A DNA stretch of 8,869 nucleotides. It comes from Leidyana gryllorum EB-2025a. Its lineage: Eukaryota; Protista; Apicomplexa. Under the pieces are notes generated by a model. That model searched no databases. It had not been told where the DNA came from and worked only from the letters and a program-made list of their open reading frames with translations. Shown piece after piece: positions 1-6,365 of this stretch (its first letter is position 1; each line of letters opens with the position of its first letter). The stretch spans positions 1 through 8,869 of the forward strand of contig JBLWGC010000003.1 of the NCBI GenBank assembly GCA_048772705.1, written 5' to 3'. A program made the translations under genes and the position numbers.

Positions 1-850
1 TGCTCGTACACTAACAATTCGAATACTCATAACTCTTAGCATATATACACTCTCTCAATGTTTTATAGCAAACAACTGACCACCACCCTCTTACCACACC
101 TCGAACTACATCACAATTGTCAATATACTCCTATTAACCTACCTATCATTAGCCAAATTCATGTCGTCCGAATCAACACCCAAATATCATGCATAACTTG
201 ACCCCATACACATATTCTTACAGATACCCATTCACTCCAATACATAACGTCCACGATACGCATTGGACTCACGACATTCTTCTCAACACTCTCAATTCAA
301 CTCCGATGTATTTGATTCCCCTATATCTAGCATTACAAGCTTTCATACCTCTCCAAATACTCCCTCACTTAACGAGCGAATCGCTGACTCACTCTAGACC
401 CTTCACACCTAACAGACAAACCATCTAAACCAATATCACTCACACATAACCTTCCAAGTTGCTCCATATTCACTTTAGCAAACTGAGCATACTACACATC
501 ACAGCACAGTTACCAAAATACACGCCATACACTCATACAATCATGCATCTCCAGCTCATATAGTCTCACCAATCAATACATAACAAGCACGATACCTGTC
601 AACATACTAAGCAACACAGCTATATCGTCACAGTCTTTTATTAGCACAATACACACCACATCAGACCTTACTTGCGCACGCTACAGCAACCGGAACGTGT
701 AGAGAATTGAAAGCTAAACAGTCGCAAACACGCAAACACAGTACAATGCAGCGATAAACAACCACATAAACCACATAATCCAAAAGCAAACAGCAGTCAC
801 AACAGCCATCGAAGCCGACCGAAACGCCGAACCAAAGGTTACAGGCAAAC
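1..850. other. A/C-rich, G-poor unassigned segment
   Basis: G is conspicuously scarce on the + strand, with no tRNA boxes and no convincing ORF. Abrupt switch to recognisable repeat sequence at about 854. Confidence 0.6.
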
Positions 851-853
851 TAG

Positions 854-875
854 TCTACCACTAGACCACAGATGC
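854..875 (-). pseudogene. 5' fragment of tRNA-Gly(GCC)
   Basis: TCTACCACTAGACCACAGATGC is identical to 6415-6436, and the following flank also matches. Confidence 0.75.
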
Positions 876-929
876 GTGACACCTCCATTCCTGAACACAA
901 GCGATGAGTCTGGAGCGGGGGATGGCTTT

Positions 930-1000
930 GGGCCTATGGCGCAACGTAGCGCGTCTGACTCCAGATCAGAAGGTTGAGTGTTCGAATCACTCTGGGCTCA
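930..1000 (+). tRNA. tRNA-Trp-CCA: tRNA-Trp(CCA), one G missing from D-loop GG
   Basis: Acceptor GGGCCTA/TGGGCTC, anticodon arm TCTGA-CTCCAGA-TCAGA, T-arm GAGTG-TTCGAAT-CACTC. D-loop reads AACGTA versus AACGGTA at 4306. Confidence 0.85.
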
Positions 1001-1036
1001 ATCAGACTCTTTGTTCTTCCCGTGTGAGGCACAACC

Positions 1037-1100
1037 TGACAAGAGTGGCCCTTTCGAGCTGCGACTTATACAGCGCCTTAGACCCCTCAGCCATCTTACC
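1037..1100 (-). pseudogene. tRNA-Leu pseudogene (T-arm and part of anticodon loop deleted)
   Basis: Homologous to 6596-6675 and 7225-7304 but about 16 nt shorter. Confidence 0.8.
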
Positions 1101-1193
1101 AGCTCGGTTTCTGTCCCCCCACTCCAAGCGTTCCCTGTCTGTTGAAGTTAGAGAATGGAAAGGTTGGGCTCTAAGGTTGGGGGGTCACGCGCC

Positions 1194-1250
1194 TCCGACA
1201 TGGTATGAAACTTATATTTCCGCCTGCCAAGCCAACGATCCGGTGGGTTC
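1194..1250 (+). pseudogene. Highly degenerate tRNA-Asp-like remnant
   Basis: TCCGACATGGTAT...TATTTCCGCCTGCCA resembles TATTTCCGCCTGTCACGC of the Asp pseudogene at 5917-5984. Confidence 0.5.
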
Positions 1251-1300
1251 CAAAGCCACTTCACATGTCAGGCTATCGGATTTTGTGTCCTTGCTTTCCT

Positions 1301-1373
1301 GCCGCCCTAGCTCAGTCGGTAGAGCGCAAGACTCTTAATCTTGCAGTCGCGGGTTCTAGCCCCGCGGGCGGTG
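1301..1373 (+). tRNA. tRNA-Lys-CTT: tRNA-Lys(CTT), T-loop variant
   Basis: Acceptor GCCGCCC/GGGCGGT, anticodon arm CAAGA-CTCTTAA-TCTTG. T-loop is TTCTAGC versus TTCGAGC in the paralogue at 8655. Confidence 0.88.
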
Positions 1374-1450
1374 CGGATCTATTTCCCTGGAAGTAAGAAT
1401 GGAACTGTTGCCTACAAGCACACTCACTTATAAGCCTATCGATGCAGTCG

Positions 1451-1522
1451 AGCCTTCTGCCGGAATCGAACCGGCGAGCTTTCGCTTACTAAGCGAATGC
1501 TCTGCCCCCAAGCTAAGAAGGC
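1451..1522 (-). tRNA. tRNA-Thr-AGT: tRNA-Thr(AGT)
   Basis: Acceptor GCCTTCT/AGAAGGC, anticodon arm TTCGC-TTAGTAA-GCGAA, T-arm GCCGG-TTCGATT-CCGGC. Confidence 0.9.
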
Positions 1523-1597
1523 ATTCCAGGCCGAAGATCACGAAACAATCACTATCGACGTAGATTAGTGGAGCGCTTTGCTCGAGTAGTTCATGCC

Positions 1598-1670
1598 TTC
1601 CACTGCCGGGACTTGAACCCGGATCGTGCGGGTGAAAGCCGCATATCCTAGCCACTTAGACTACAGTGGA
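1598..1670 (-). tRNA. tRNA-Glu-TTC: tRNA-Glu(TTC)
   Basis: Acceptor TCCACTG/CAGTGGA, anticodon arm TGCGG-CTTTCAC-CCGCA, T-arm CCGGG-TTCAAGT-CCCGG. Confidence 0.93.
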
Positions 1671-1811
1671 CAACTCCCTCGGCTGCAGCCTTAGCCGAGA
1701 GCCGTACCCTCTTGACAAGACGTGTTCTCGTGAACCCACAACAAAAGGGTCGCAGAATCCTGCGGTAGAAAGCGGAGGGTCTCTATACTAACCTCTGAAA
1801 CATTGTAGCTG

Positions 1812-1884
1812 GGTCTTGTAGCTGAGTCGGCAGAGCGTGTGGCCGTTAACCACAAAATCGCAGGTTCGAAACCTGCCAGGACCG
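1812..1884 (+). pseudogene. tRNA-Asn(GTT), degenerate copy
   Basis: Three substitutions versus the intact copy at 2757-2829, including U33>C (loop CCGTTAA) and a D-stem mismatch. Confidence 0.75.
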
Positions 1885-1998
1885 CTTTCGAGGCACCCTA
1901 AGCATTGACTGCGCTGCTCCCCCAATGGCACTTGTGGTCTGTGACCCTTCAAAGATGCAAGTTGATTTGGATCCCGCCACGTGCAGCCGTACGTACTT

Positions 1999-2087
1999 TG
2001 GACGACCTGGGCATCGATCCCAGTACCTCTCGCATGCTAAGCGAGCGCTCTACCATTTGAGCGCTCTACCATTTGAGCTAGTCGCCC
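1999..2087 (-). pseudogene. tRNA-Ala(AGC) with tandemly duplicated D-arm
   Basis: Identical to 5300-5372 except for a second copy of GCTCAAATGGTAGAGC (16 nt). Confidence 0.88.
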
Positions 2088-2202
2088 ATTCAGTAAACCC
2101 CAGTACATCCAGTTCTTTTCACATGGTATAACAAATCTCCCAACTGCATCGATCACTTTCACCAGTTTGTGCTCCACTTTGCACGAACGAAGGCACGCAG
2201 GA

Positions 2203-2275
2203 AACGGGTGGAGGGACTCGAACCCTCAACCTTTGCCTTAGGAGGGCAACGCGCTATCCATTGCGCCACAACCGC
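2203..2275 (-). tRNA. tRNA-Arg-CCT: tRNA-Arg(CCT)
   Basis: Anticodon arm TTGCC-CTCCTAA-GGCAA, T-arm GAGGG-TTCGAGT-CCCTC. One T-C mismatch in acceptor GCGGTTG/CACCCGT. Confidence 0.88.
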
Positions 2276-2375
2276 ATTCGGGACGCATCTGACTTTTGAG
2301 TGGGACGAACGCGGGCTGCCCCGAGGTGTCTCCTCTTTCACCCAACCAGTATCCAAATGACCGAAGGCTATCCAT

Positions 2376-2448
2376 GGTGCGGTGGCCTAATGGATAGGGC
2401 ATCGGTCTTCGGAACCGGGAGTTGTGGGTTCGAGTCCCATCCGCATCA
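2376..2448 (+). tRNA. tRNA-Arg-TCG: tRNA-Arg(TCG)
   Basis: Acceptor GGTGCGG/CCGCATC, anticodon arm TCGGT-CTTCGGA-ACCGG, T-arm GTGGG-TTCGAGT-CCCAT. Confidence 0.9.
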
Positions 2449-2538
2449 TAGCCTCTCACTCGGAAGACGTTCCGTTTCGACCGAGGCAAGCTTGCTAGCT
2501 GTATGGGGAGCCACTGCCGCGCATGTCGAGTTCAAGTG

Positions 2539-2590
2539 CTAGTGATATAATTTTCCTTCGCTTGTGGGAGTGTTCGATTCGATTCCCGAG
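2539..2590 (+). pseudogene. Highly degenerate tRNA-Pro-like remnant
   Basis: CTAGTGATATAATTTTCCTTCG...TTCGATTCCC resembles CTAGTGGTACGATTCTTCCTTCG...TTCGATTCCC of Pro(CGG) at 5141-5212. Confidence 0.45.
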
Positions 2591-2756
2591 GAGTCTGTTT
2601 TTGAGTATGTTGCAGACAGCTCAACGCAGAAAACGCCCGAGTCTCTCGGGGTGCTGCAGCTCTTACGAAATTGCACTTGTGGTCTAAGGGTAAGTTACGA
2701 CCTTGGAAGGGTCCAAGAGAAGAAGGGTCGTTGAGAGTGTACACCGTCGCAGAACC

Positions 2757-2829
2757 CGGTCCTGGCAGGTTTCGAACCTGCGACTTTGTGGTTAACAGCC
2801 ACACGCTCTGCCGACTGAGCTACAAGACC
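2757..2829 (-). tRNA. tRNA-Asn-GTT: tRNA-Asn(GTT)
   Basis: Acceptor GGTCTTG/CAGGACC, anticodon arm TGTGG-CTGTTAA-CCACA, T-arm GCAGG-TTCGAAA-CCTGC. Confidence 0.94.
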
Positions 2830-2840
2830 CAGTTACAATG

Positions 2841-2882
2841 TCCTTCCACCCGAGGAAGAATCATCCACTAGACCGAACAGCT
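2841..2882 (-). pseudogene. 5' part of tRNA-Pro(CGG)
   Basis: Minus strand reads GCTGTTCGGTCTAGTGGATGATTCTTCCTCGGGTGGAAGGA and stops in the variable loop. Confidence 0.8.
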
Positions 2883-2979
2883 CCCGTTACGGCACTGAGA
2901 GGTGGGAGAACTGCCCGCATCTCAACAGCCAGCGTTTCCGCTTCCTTCATCATGTCCGCGAGTGAGATGTCAGAATCTA

Positions 2980-3051
2980 TGTTGCGGATGGGACTCGAAC
3001 CCACAACTCCCGTTCCGCAGCCAGATGCCCCATCGATTAGGCCACCGCACC
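2980..3051 (-). pseudogene. tRNA-Arg pseudogene (copy of Arg-TCG, apparent anticodon GCG)
   Basis: Inverted homologue of 2376-2448 including the TCCAT 5' flank. Anticodon stem and D-loop are disrupted. Confidence 0.82.
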
Positions 3052-3062
3052 ATGGACAGGCT

Positions 3063-3091
3063 GCGCTGGGTTCGATTCCCAGAGCCAGCCC
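3063..3091 (+). pseudogene. 3' part of tRNA-Pro (T-arm and acceptor strand)
   Basis: CTGGGTTCGATTCCCAGAGCCAGCCC. The downstream spacer matches the reverse complement of 5061-5140. Confidence 0.75.
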
Positions 3092-3172
3092 GTTTTGCTC
3101 TCGATCGACCCGACACTCCACCTTTTTTAAGACGGTACAGCTCTCCACCGAGGCTCCACTTCCCGGATCTTG

Positions 3173-3231
3173 TCCACTACAGTCTAAGTGGCCAGGTATG
3201 CGGCTCTCACCCGCACGCTTAAAGTTCGAGT
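3173..3231 (+). pseudogene. tRNA-Glu(CTC) pseudogene, 3' end lost
   Basis: TCCACTACAGTCTAAGTGGCCAGGTATGCGGCTCTCACCCGCAC matches the other Glu copies, but the T-stem is not formed. Confidence 0.8.
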
Positions 3232-3297
3232 AGGTCAATGCGATCCCAGTGAATTACTCAGCATCGCCTTCTGCCTACCGGACCGCCGGACTGGAGC

Positions 3298-3370
3298 AGG
3301 CGTCACTGGAACTCGAGCAAAGAACCCCCACTTCGGTGAAAGGATACCATATCCATCAGGCCATGGTGCC
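3298..3370 (-). pseudogene. Degenerate tRNA-Arg (apparent anticodon CCG)
   Basis: 73 nt, GGCACCA-TGGCCTGATGGATATGG...CACCGAA...GCTCGAGT...TGACGCCT. Arg-type D-arm, with all stems partly broken. Confidence 0.6.
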
Positions 3371-3514
3371 GGTCGGCGGGGGGAGTAAGCTGAGGTACGT
3401 GGGGGAAATAACACCCAAGCTTGCGGTGGGATAGGAACGAACCGCAAAAGATCCGATGCCACAACCATCCAGAATGCGGGCGGAGGATCGCAACTATGTT
3501 TAGGCTATGACTGA

Positions 3515-3586
3515 AGCCTCCTGCCGGAGTCGAACCAGCGACCTTTCGCTGACAAAGCGAATGCTCTGCCCCTAAGCTAAGGAGGC
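3515..3586 (-). tRNA. tRNA-Thr-TGT: tRNA-Thr(TGT), atypical C37
   Basis: Acceptor GCCTCCT/AGGAGGC, anticodon arm TTCGC-TTTGTCA-GCGAA, T-arm GCTGG-TTCGACT-CCGGC. Confidence 0.85.
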
Positions 3587-3726
3587 ATTCCCTGCCTCAA
3601 TCCATATGAGGGTTTGATGCTGGGAATTGCATCATGCATTGGAATCACCGCGGGCCAAGCCCAGTAAATTTCATGTCTATCCCCATAGGACCACAAGGCA
3701 ATGAGTCTGGAGCGGGGGATGGTTTT

Positions 3727-3797
3727 GGGCCTAGGCGCAACGGTAGCGCGTCAGACTTCAGATCAGAAGGTTTGGTGTTCGAATCACTCTGGGCTCA
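3727..3797 (+). pseudogene. Trp-bodied tRNA with TCA (opal) anticodon, probably defective
   Basis: Copy of 4306-4377 with loop CTTCAGA. It also lacks U8 and has an A-A anticodon-stem mismatch and a T-C T-stem mismatch. Confidence 0.8.
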
Positions 3798-3833
3798 ATC
3801 AGGCTCTATGTTTTTCCCGTTTAGGGCGCAACC

Positions 3834-3875
3834 TGACAAAAGTGGGATTTGAACTTACGCCCGTTCGGCGCTGCG
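3834..3875 (-). pseudogene. 3' half of tRNA-Leu
   Basis: TGACAAAAGTGGGATTTGAACTTACGCCCGTTCGG, in the same position after Trp as in module A. Confidence 0.72.
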
Positions 3876-3985
3876 CCGTCAAATATGTCCCTGCGAGTGC
3901 TACAGCTGTCCGCCAGTGTCTGATTGGCACTGGTGTTGTTGAACGGCGTCGAACTTCTAGTGAATCAGCCATGTGCTATGTCCTC

Positions 3986-4056
3986 TGCATCTGCCGGGGA
4001 TCGAACCTGGGTCGTCTCGGTGGCAACGACACATTCTACCACTAGACCACAGATGC
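3986..4056 (-). pseudogene. tRNA-Gly(GCC), full-length degenerate copy
   Basis: Homologue of 6366-6436 with a G-G anticodon-stem mismatch and an A-C T-stem mismatch. Confidence 0.75.
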
Positions 4057-4152
4057 ATGACTCGTTGTTGTTCAAGCGCGTGCACAGTAACGGCCGTTTT
4101 GCTTCAAATGAGAAGACAGAATCGAGTTGAGCGAGTATGACGGGTAGTTTGT

Positions 4153-4224
4153 GGGTACGTAGCTCAGTGGTAGAGCAGCTGACTGCAGATCAGCAAGTCC
4201 GTGGTCCAACTCCGCGCGTGCCCA
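4153..4224 (+). tRNA. tRNA-Cys-GCA: tRNA-Cys(GCA), atypical T-loop and discriminator
   Basis: Acceptor GGGTACG/CGTGCCC, anticodon arm GCTGA-CTGCAGA-TCAGC. T-loop TCCAACT and A73. Confidence 0.82.
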
Positions 4225-4305
4225 GAAGATGGTTTGGAACAATCGGAGATGTTGGACCTCCATTCCTGACCACAAGGCAATTAATTTGGAACGGGAGATG
4301 GTTTT

Positions 4306-4377
4306 GGGCCTATGGCGCAACGGTAGCGCGTCTGACTCCAGATCAGAAGGTTGGGTGTTCGAATCACTCTGGGCTCA
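4306..4377 (+). tRNA. tRNA-Trp-CCA: tRNA-Trp(CCA), intact
   Basis: Complete 72-nt cloverleaf with TGGCGCAACGG A-box and GTTCGAATC B-box. Confidence 0.95.
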
Positions 4378-4469
4378 ATCAGACTTTATGTTCTTCTCGT
4401 ATGGGGCGCAACCAAGAATGGGCTAGCCTCCCTCTGTGCCCACCTCATGGGATTGAGTAATACTTCACA

Positions 4470-4615
4470 TAGTGAGACGAGTCTCTCGACTGTACCCAGC
4501 GGGTTGAACCACCGGCTAGGCGGCTGTTTGGTCTAGTGGTATGATCTTTCCTTAGGGTGGAAGGAGTCCTGGGTTCGATTCCCAGAACAGCCCTCTTGGC
4601 TGTCGGTTGACCCGA
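4470..4615. repeat. Pro gene plus flanks, inverted repeat with about 5120-5251
   Basis: TCTCTCGACTGTACCCAGCGGGTTG and TGTCGGTTGACCCGA recur in reverse complement around the Pro(CGG) gene. Confidence 0.85.
4522..4593 (+). tRNA. tRNA-Pro-AGG: tRNA-Pro(AGG)
   Basis: Acceptor GGCTGTT/AACAGCC, anticodon arm TTTCC-TTAGGGT-GGAAG, T-arm CTGGG-TTCGATT-CCCAG. Confidence 0.92.
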
Positions 4616-4728
4616 TGGGATAAGCAGTTTTAGAACTAACACATCCACCTCGTTAGCCCACTTCGACACTCAAGGCAATTAACATCTCAAGAATCGCATT
4701 TCGGCTACCTCTTCCATGTTGCGGACTG

Positions 4729-4800
4729 AGCAGTGTAGCTCATTGGAAGAGTGTTGGGCTCATAACCCAAAGGTCAGTCGATCGAAACGATTCACTGCTA
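4729..4800 (+). tRNA. tRNA-iMet-CAT: Initiator tRNA-Met(CAT)
   Basis: A1-U72 (AGCAGTG/CACTGCT), GGG/CCC in the anticodon stem and T-loop ATCGAAA are eukaryotic initiator hallmarks. Confidence 0.92.
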
Positions 4801-4848
4801 AGTGTGCGCAAAAGGGAAACACTTTAGAATAGATCGGCTCGTGAGCAA

Positions 4849-4920
4849 AGGCTTCTGCCGGAATCGATCCGGCGACCTTTCGCTTACTAAGCGAATGCTC
4901 TGCCCCTAAGCTAACAAGGC
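4849..4920 (-). pseudogene. tRNA-Thr(AGT), degenerate
   Basis: Two acceptor mismatches (GCCTTGT/AGAAGCC) and T54>A. Confidence 0.78.
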
Positions 4921-4988
4921 AATCCAGGCCGAAGATCACGAATCAGTCACTATTGACGGGGGTTACTGAGGCACTTTGCTCGAGTAAC

Positions 4989-5060
4989 TTCCACTGCCGG
5001 GCCTTGAACCCGGATGTACGGGTGAGAGCCGCATATCCTAGCCACTTAGACTACAGTGGA
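4989..5060 (-). tRNA. tRNA-Glu-CTC: tRNA-Glu(CTC), variant or possible pseudogene
   Basis: Acceptor intact and loop CTCTCAC. One-nt deletion in the variable loop and T-loop TTCAAGG relative to 1598-1670. Confidence 0.75.
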
Positions 5061-5140
5061 CAACTTCCTCAGCTGCAGCTTTCGACGAGAGCCGTACCAT
5101 CTTGAGATGAGATAGAGCGTCGGGTCAACCGACAACCAAC

Positions 5141-5212
5141 GGGCTGTTCTGGGAATCGAACCCAGGACTTCTTCCACCCGAAGGAAGAATCGTACCACTA
5201 GACCAAACAGCC
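5141..5212 (-). tRNA. tRNA-Pro-CGG: tRNA-Pro(CGG)
   Basis: Anticodon arm CTTCC-TTCGGGT-GGAAG. Acceptor and T-arm fully paired. Confidence 0.93.
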
Positions 5213-5299
5213 GCCTGTCTTTCGAGCAACCCGCTGAGTACAGTCGAGAGAGTGGTCATTCGAAGTTGAGAACAAAAAATGCGATGGGGTCTGCACAAC

Positions 5300-5372
5300 G
5301 GGCGACTAGCTCAAATGGTAGAGCGCTCGCTTAGCATGCGAGAGGTACTGGGATCGATGCCCAGGTCGTCCA
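5300..5372 (+). tRNA. tRNA-Ala-AGC: tRNA-Ala(AGC)
   Basis: Acceptor GGGCGAC/GTCGTCC with G3-U70, anticodon arm CTCGC-TTAGCAT-GCGAG, A54 T-loop ATCGATG. Confidence 0.95.
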
Positions 5373-5480
5373 AACTTCGTAGTCTGCAAGTGCCGCTTTT
5401 TTACTACGGAGTTGAAAGCTTTCAAGTGTGCACTTTACCCTTGGCTAGACTCGGGCACCGCAGTACGTGTGAAGGTTGCC

Positions 5481-5545
5481 TCAGAGCCGGGATTTCCGAG
5501 TTTGCATTTTACAATCACACACTCTGGCGACTAAGATACCAGAGT
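5481..5545 (-). pseudogene. Highly degenerate tRNA-Asn remnant
   Basis: CACACACTCTGGCGACTAAGATACCAGA aligns to CACACGCTCTGCCGACTGAGCTACAAGA (2800-2827). Flank 5546-5578 matches the reverse complement of about 1779-1811. Confidence 0.65.
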
Positions 5546-5653
5546 CAGTTACGATATTTTAAAGGTCAGTAGAGAGACGCGTGTTGCATGTGTCCAGTTG
5601 AGGGAGCGCTAGCCCGGATGGCTCTACCAACTATTTTTTGGGAAGGACTGATC

Positions 5654-5725
5654 GGTTACTTGGTGTAGTGGTTAGCACTGGAGACTCTAAATCTCCCGAC
5701 CTAGGTTCGATTCCCGGAGCAACCT
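5654..5725 (+). tRNA. Gln-bodied tRNA with CTA (amber) anticodon: suppressor-like or decayed Gln(CTG)
   Basis: 72 nt, GGTTACT-TG-GTGTAGTGGTTAGCAC-T-GGAGA-CTCTAAA-TCTCC-CGAC-CTAGG-TTCGATT-CCCGG-AGCAACC-T. Two A-C mismatches (acceptor and T-stem), A/B boxes intact. Confidence 0.8.
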
Positions 5726-5788
5726 CAAAACTAGTCCTCACTTTTTCGTGAAACCTCGCCACTTCTCTTGGTCTGCGGTACCTTCGCC

Positions 5789-5861
5789 GCAGCCATGGTC
5801 TAGTGGTCACCACGTTTGCTGAACACGCAGAAGGTCCCGAGTTCGATCCTCGGTGGCTGTA
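5789..5861 (+). pseudogene. tRNA-Val(AAC), degenerate copy
   Basis: Acceptor GCAGCCA/TGGCTGT and T-arm intact, but U33>G (loop TGAACAC) and weakened D-stem. Confidence 0.75.
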
Positions 5862-5916
5862 GCTCGCAACTTTCAGCGACAACCAAATGAGACAATCTTA
5901 AGCCGAATCAACTGTG

Positions 5917-5984
5917 CTCTGAAACCAAGCATCGAATCCGGGTATTCCGCGTGACAGGCGGAAATACTGACCAGACTTTTGGGG
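5917..5984 (-). pseudogene. tRNA-Asp(GTC) pseudogene
   Basis: Intact anticodon arm TCCGC-CTGTCAC-GCGGA. The 5' end and T-stem are degraded. Confidence 0.8.
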
Positions 5985-6082
5985 TTGAAGTCCGGCGCGT
6001 TGACGAGCGTCCGAGATGAAGTAGTTCCTTCTAGAGACTTCACGGACACAAAACATGCCATGTGGCGAGCCAAGAACACGGC

Positions 6083-6095
6083 GGCAAGATGGCCG
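6083..6095 (+). pseudogene. 13-nt 5' stub of tRNA-Leu(CAG)
   Basis: GGCAAGATGGCCG is identical to 7225-7237 and sits in the syntenic position. The rest of the gene is deleted. Confidence 0.6.
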
Positions 6096-6214
6096 GGACA
6101 ACCTGCGACTTCATCCCAGCATGCCCCCACGATGCGCGCGGGACAGCCCGCCGTGCACGTGGCACCCGGCTAACTTTTGTCGATACAACTGCCACATGAT
6201 TCTCCAGCTAAGTT

Positions 6215-6289
6215 GCCTTCTTAGGTTAAGGGGGTAGACTGGAAATCTACTGGGCCTGGCCCGCGCTGGTTCAAATCCAGCAGTTGTTG
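6215..6289 (+). pseudogene. Chimeric Thr(5')/Ser(3') tRNA, anticodon GGA
   Basis: GCCTTCTTAG (Thr start with Thr upstream flank) is joined to GTTAAGGGG-GTAGA-CTGGAAA-TCTAC, a long variable arm, and GCTGG-TTCAAAT-CCAGC. The acceptor cannot pair. Confidence 0.8.
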
Positions 6290-6365
6290 TGCGATGTGGT
6301 TGGAGGGGTAAACACCAACTGACGCATGAATTTCTGGAATGATGGAAAAACAACAGTGTGTCCTC

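Larger units (their letters stand above)
854..1250 (+). repeat. Module A copy (Gly-/Trp+/Leu-/Asp remnant), direct repeat of 6415-6820
   Basis: Genes and spacers align throughout, e.g. GATGAGTCTGGAGCGGGGGATGG and CTCCAAGCGTTCCCTGTCTGTTGAAG. Partial copies at about 3690-3875 and 4255-4413. Confidence 0.93.
4521..4997 (+). repeat. Module C copy (Pro+/iMet+/Thr-/Glu-), direct repeat of 8123-8609
   Basis: Shared gene order and spacers, e.g. CCACCTCGTTAGCCC, CATTTCGGCTAC, TCTTCCATGTTGC and AAGTGTGCGCA. Confidence 0.9.
5654..6224 (+). repeat. Module D copy (Gln+/Val+/Asp-/Leu+/Thr+), direct repeat of 6878-7432
   Basis: Same gene order and shared spacers, e.g. ACTTCTCTTGGT, GCCCGCCGTGCACGT, CCCGGCTAACTTTTGTCGATACAACTG and CACATGATTCTCCAG. 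Confidence 0.9.

Noticed and set aside
189-428. 79-aa ORF in the G-poor region
   Set aside because: The His/Thr/Pro/Leu-rich composition just mirrors the A/C bias, and there is no recognisable motif.
2673-2730. GCACTTGTGGTCTAAGGGTAAG tRNA-like 5' end
   Set aside because: A-box-like only, with no B-box or assignable family.
2841-3091. Trans-spliced or permuted split tRNA-Pro
   Set aside because: Both halves carry decay mutations, no complementary leader/trailer was seen, intact Pro genes exist nearby, and a simple inversion explains the layout.
3420-3480. Possible Arg(CCT) remnant (GCCACAACC)
   Set aside because: The match is too short to distinguish from chance.
3727-3797. tRNA-Sec interpretation of the TCA anticodon
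   Set aside because: No long variable arm or extended acceptor stem, and the body is clearly the local Trp gene.
5410-5462. 14-bp palindrome TTGAAAGCTTTCAA and a Ser(TGA)-like minus-strand stretch (TGCCCGAGT...AAGGG...CTTGAAA)
   Set aside because: No paired anticodon stem or T-arm, so too weak to call.
5596-5639. Imperfect hairpin containing GCCCGGATG followed by T6 (tRNA-Sec start or intrinsic terminator)
   Set aside because: Only a 9-nt resemblance with no Sec cloverleaf following. The hairpin is weak and the context is eukaryotic.
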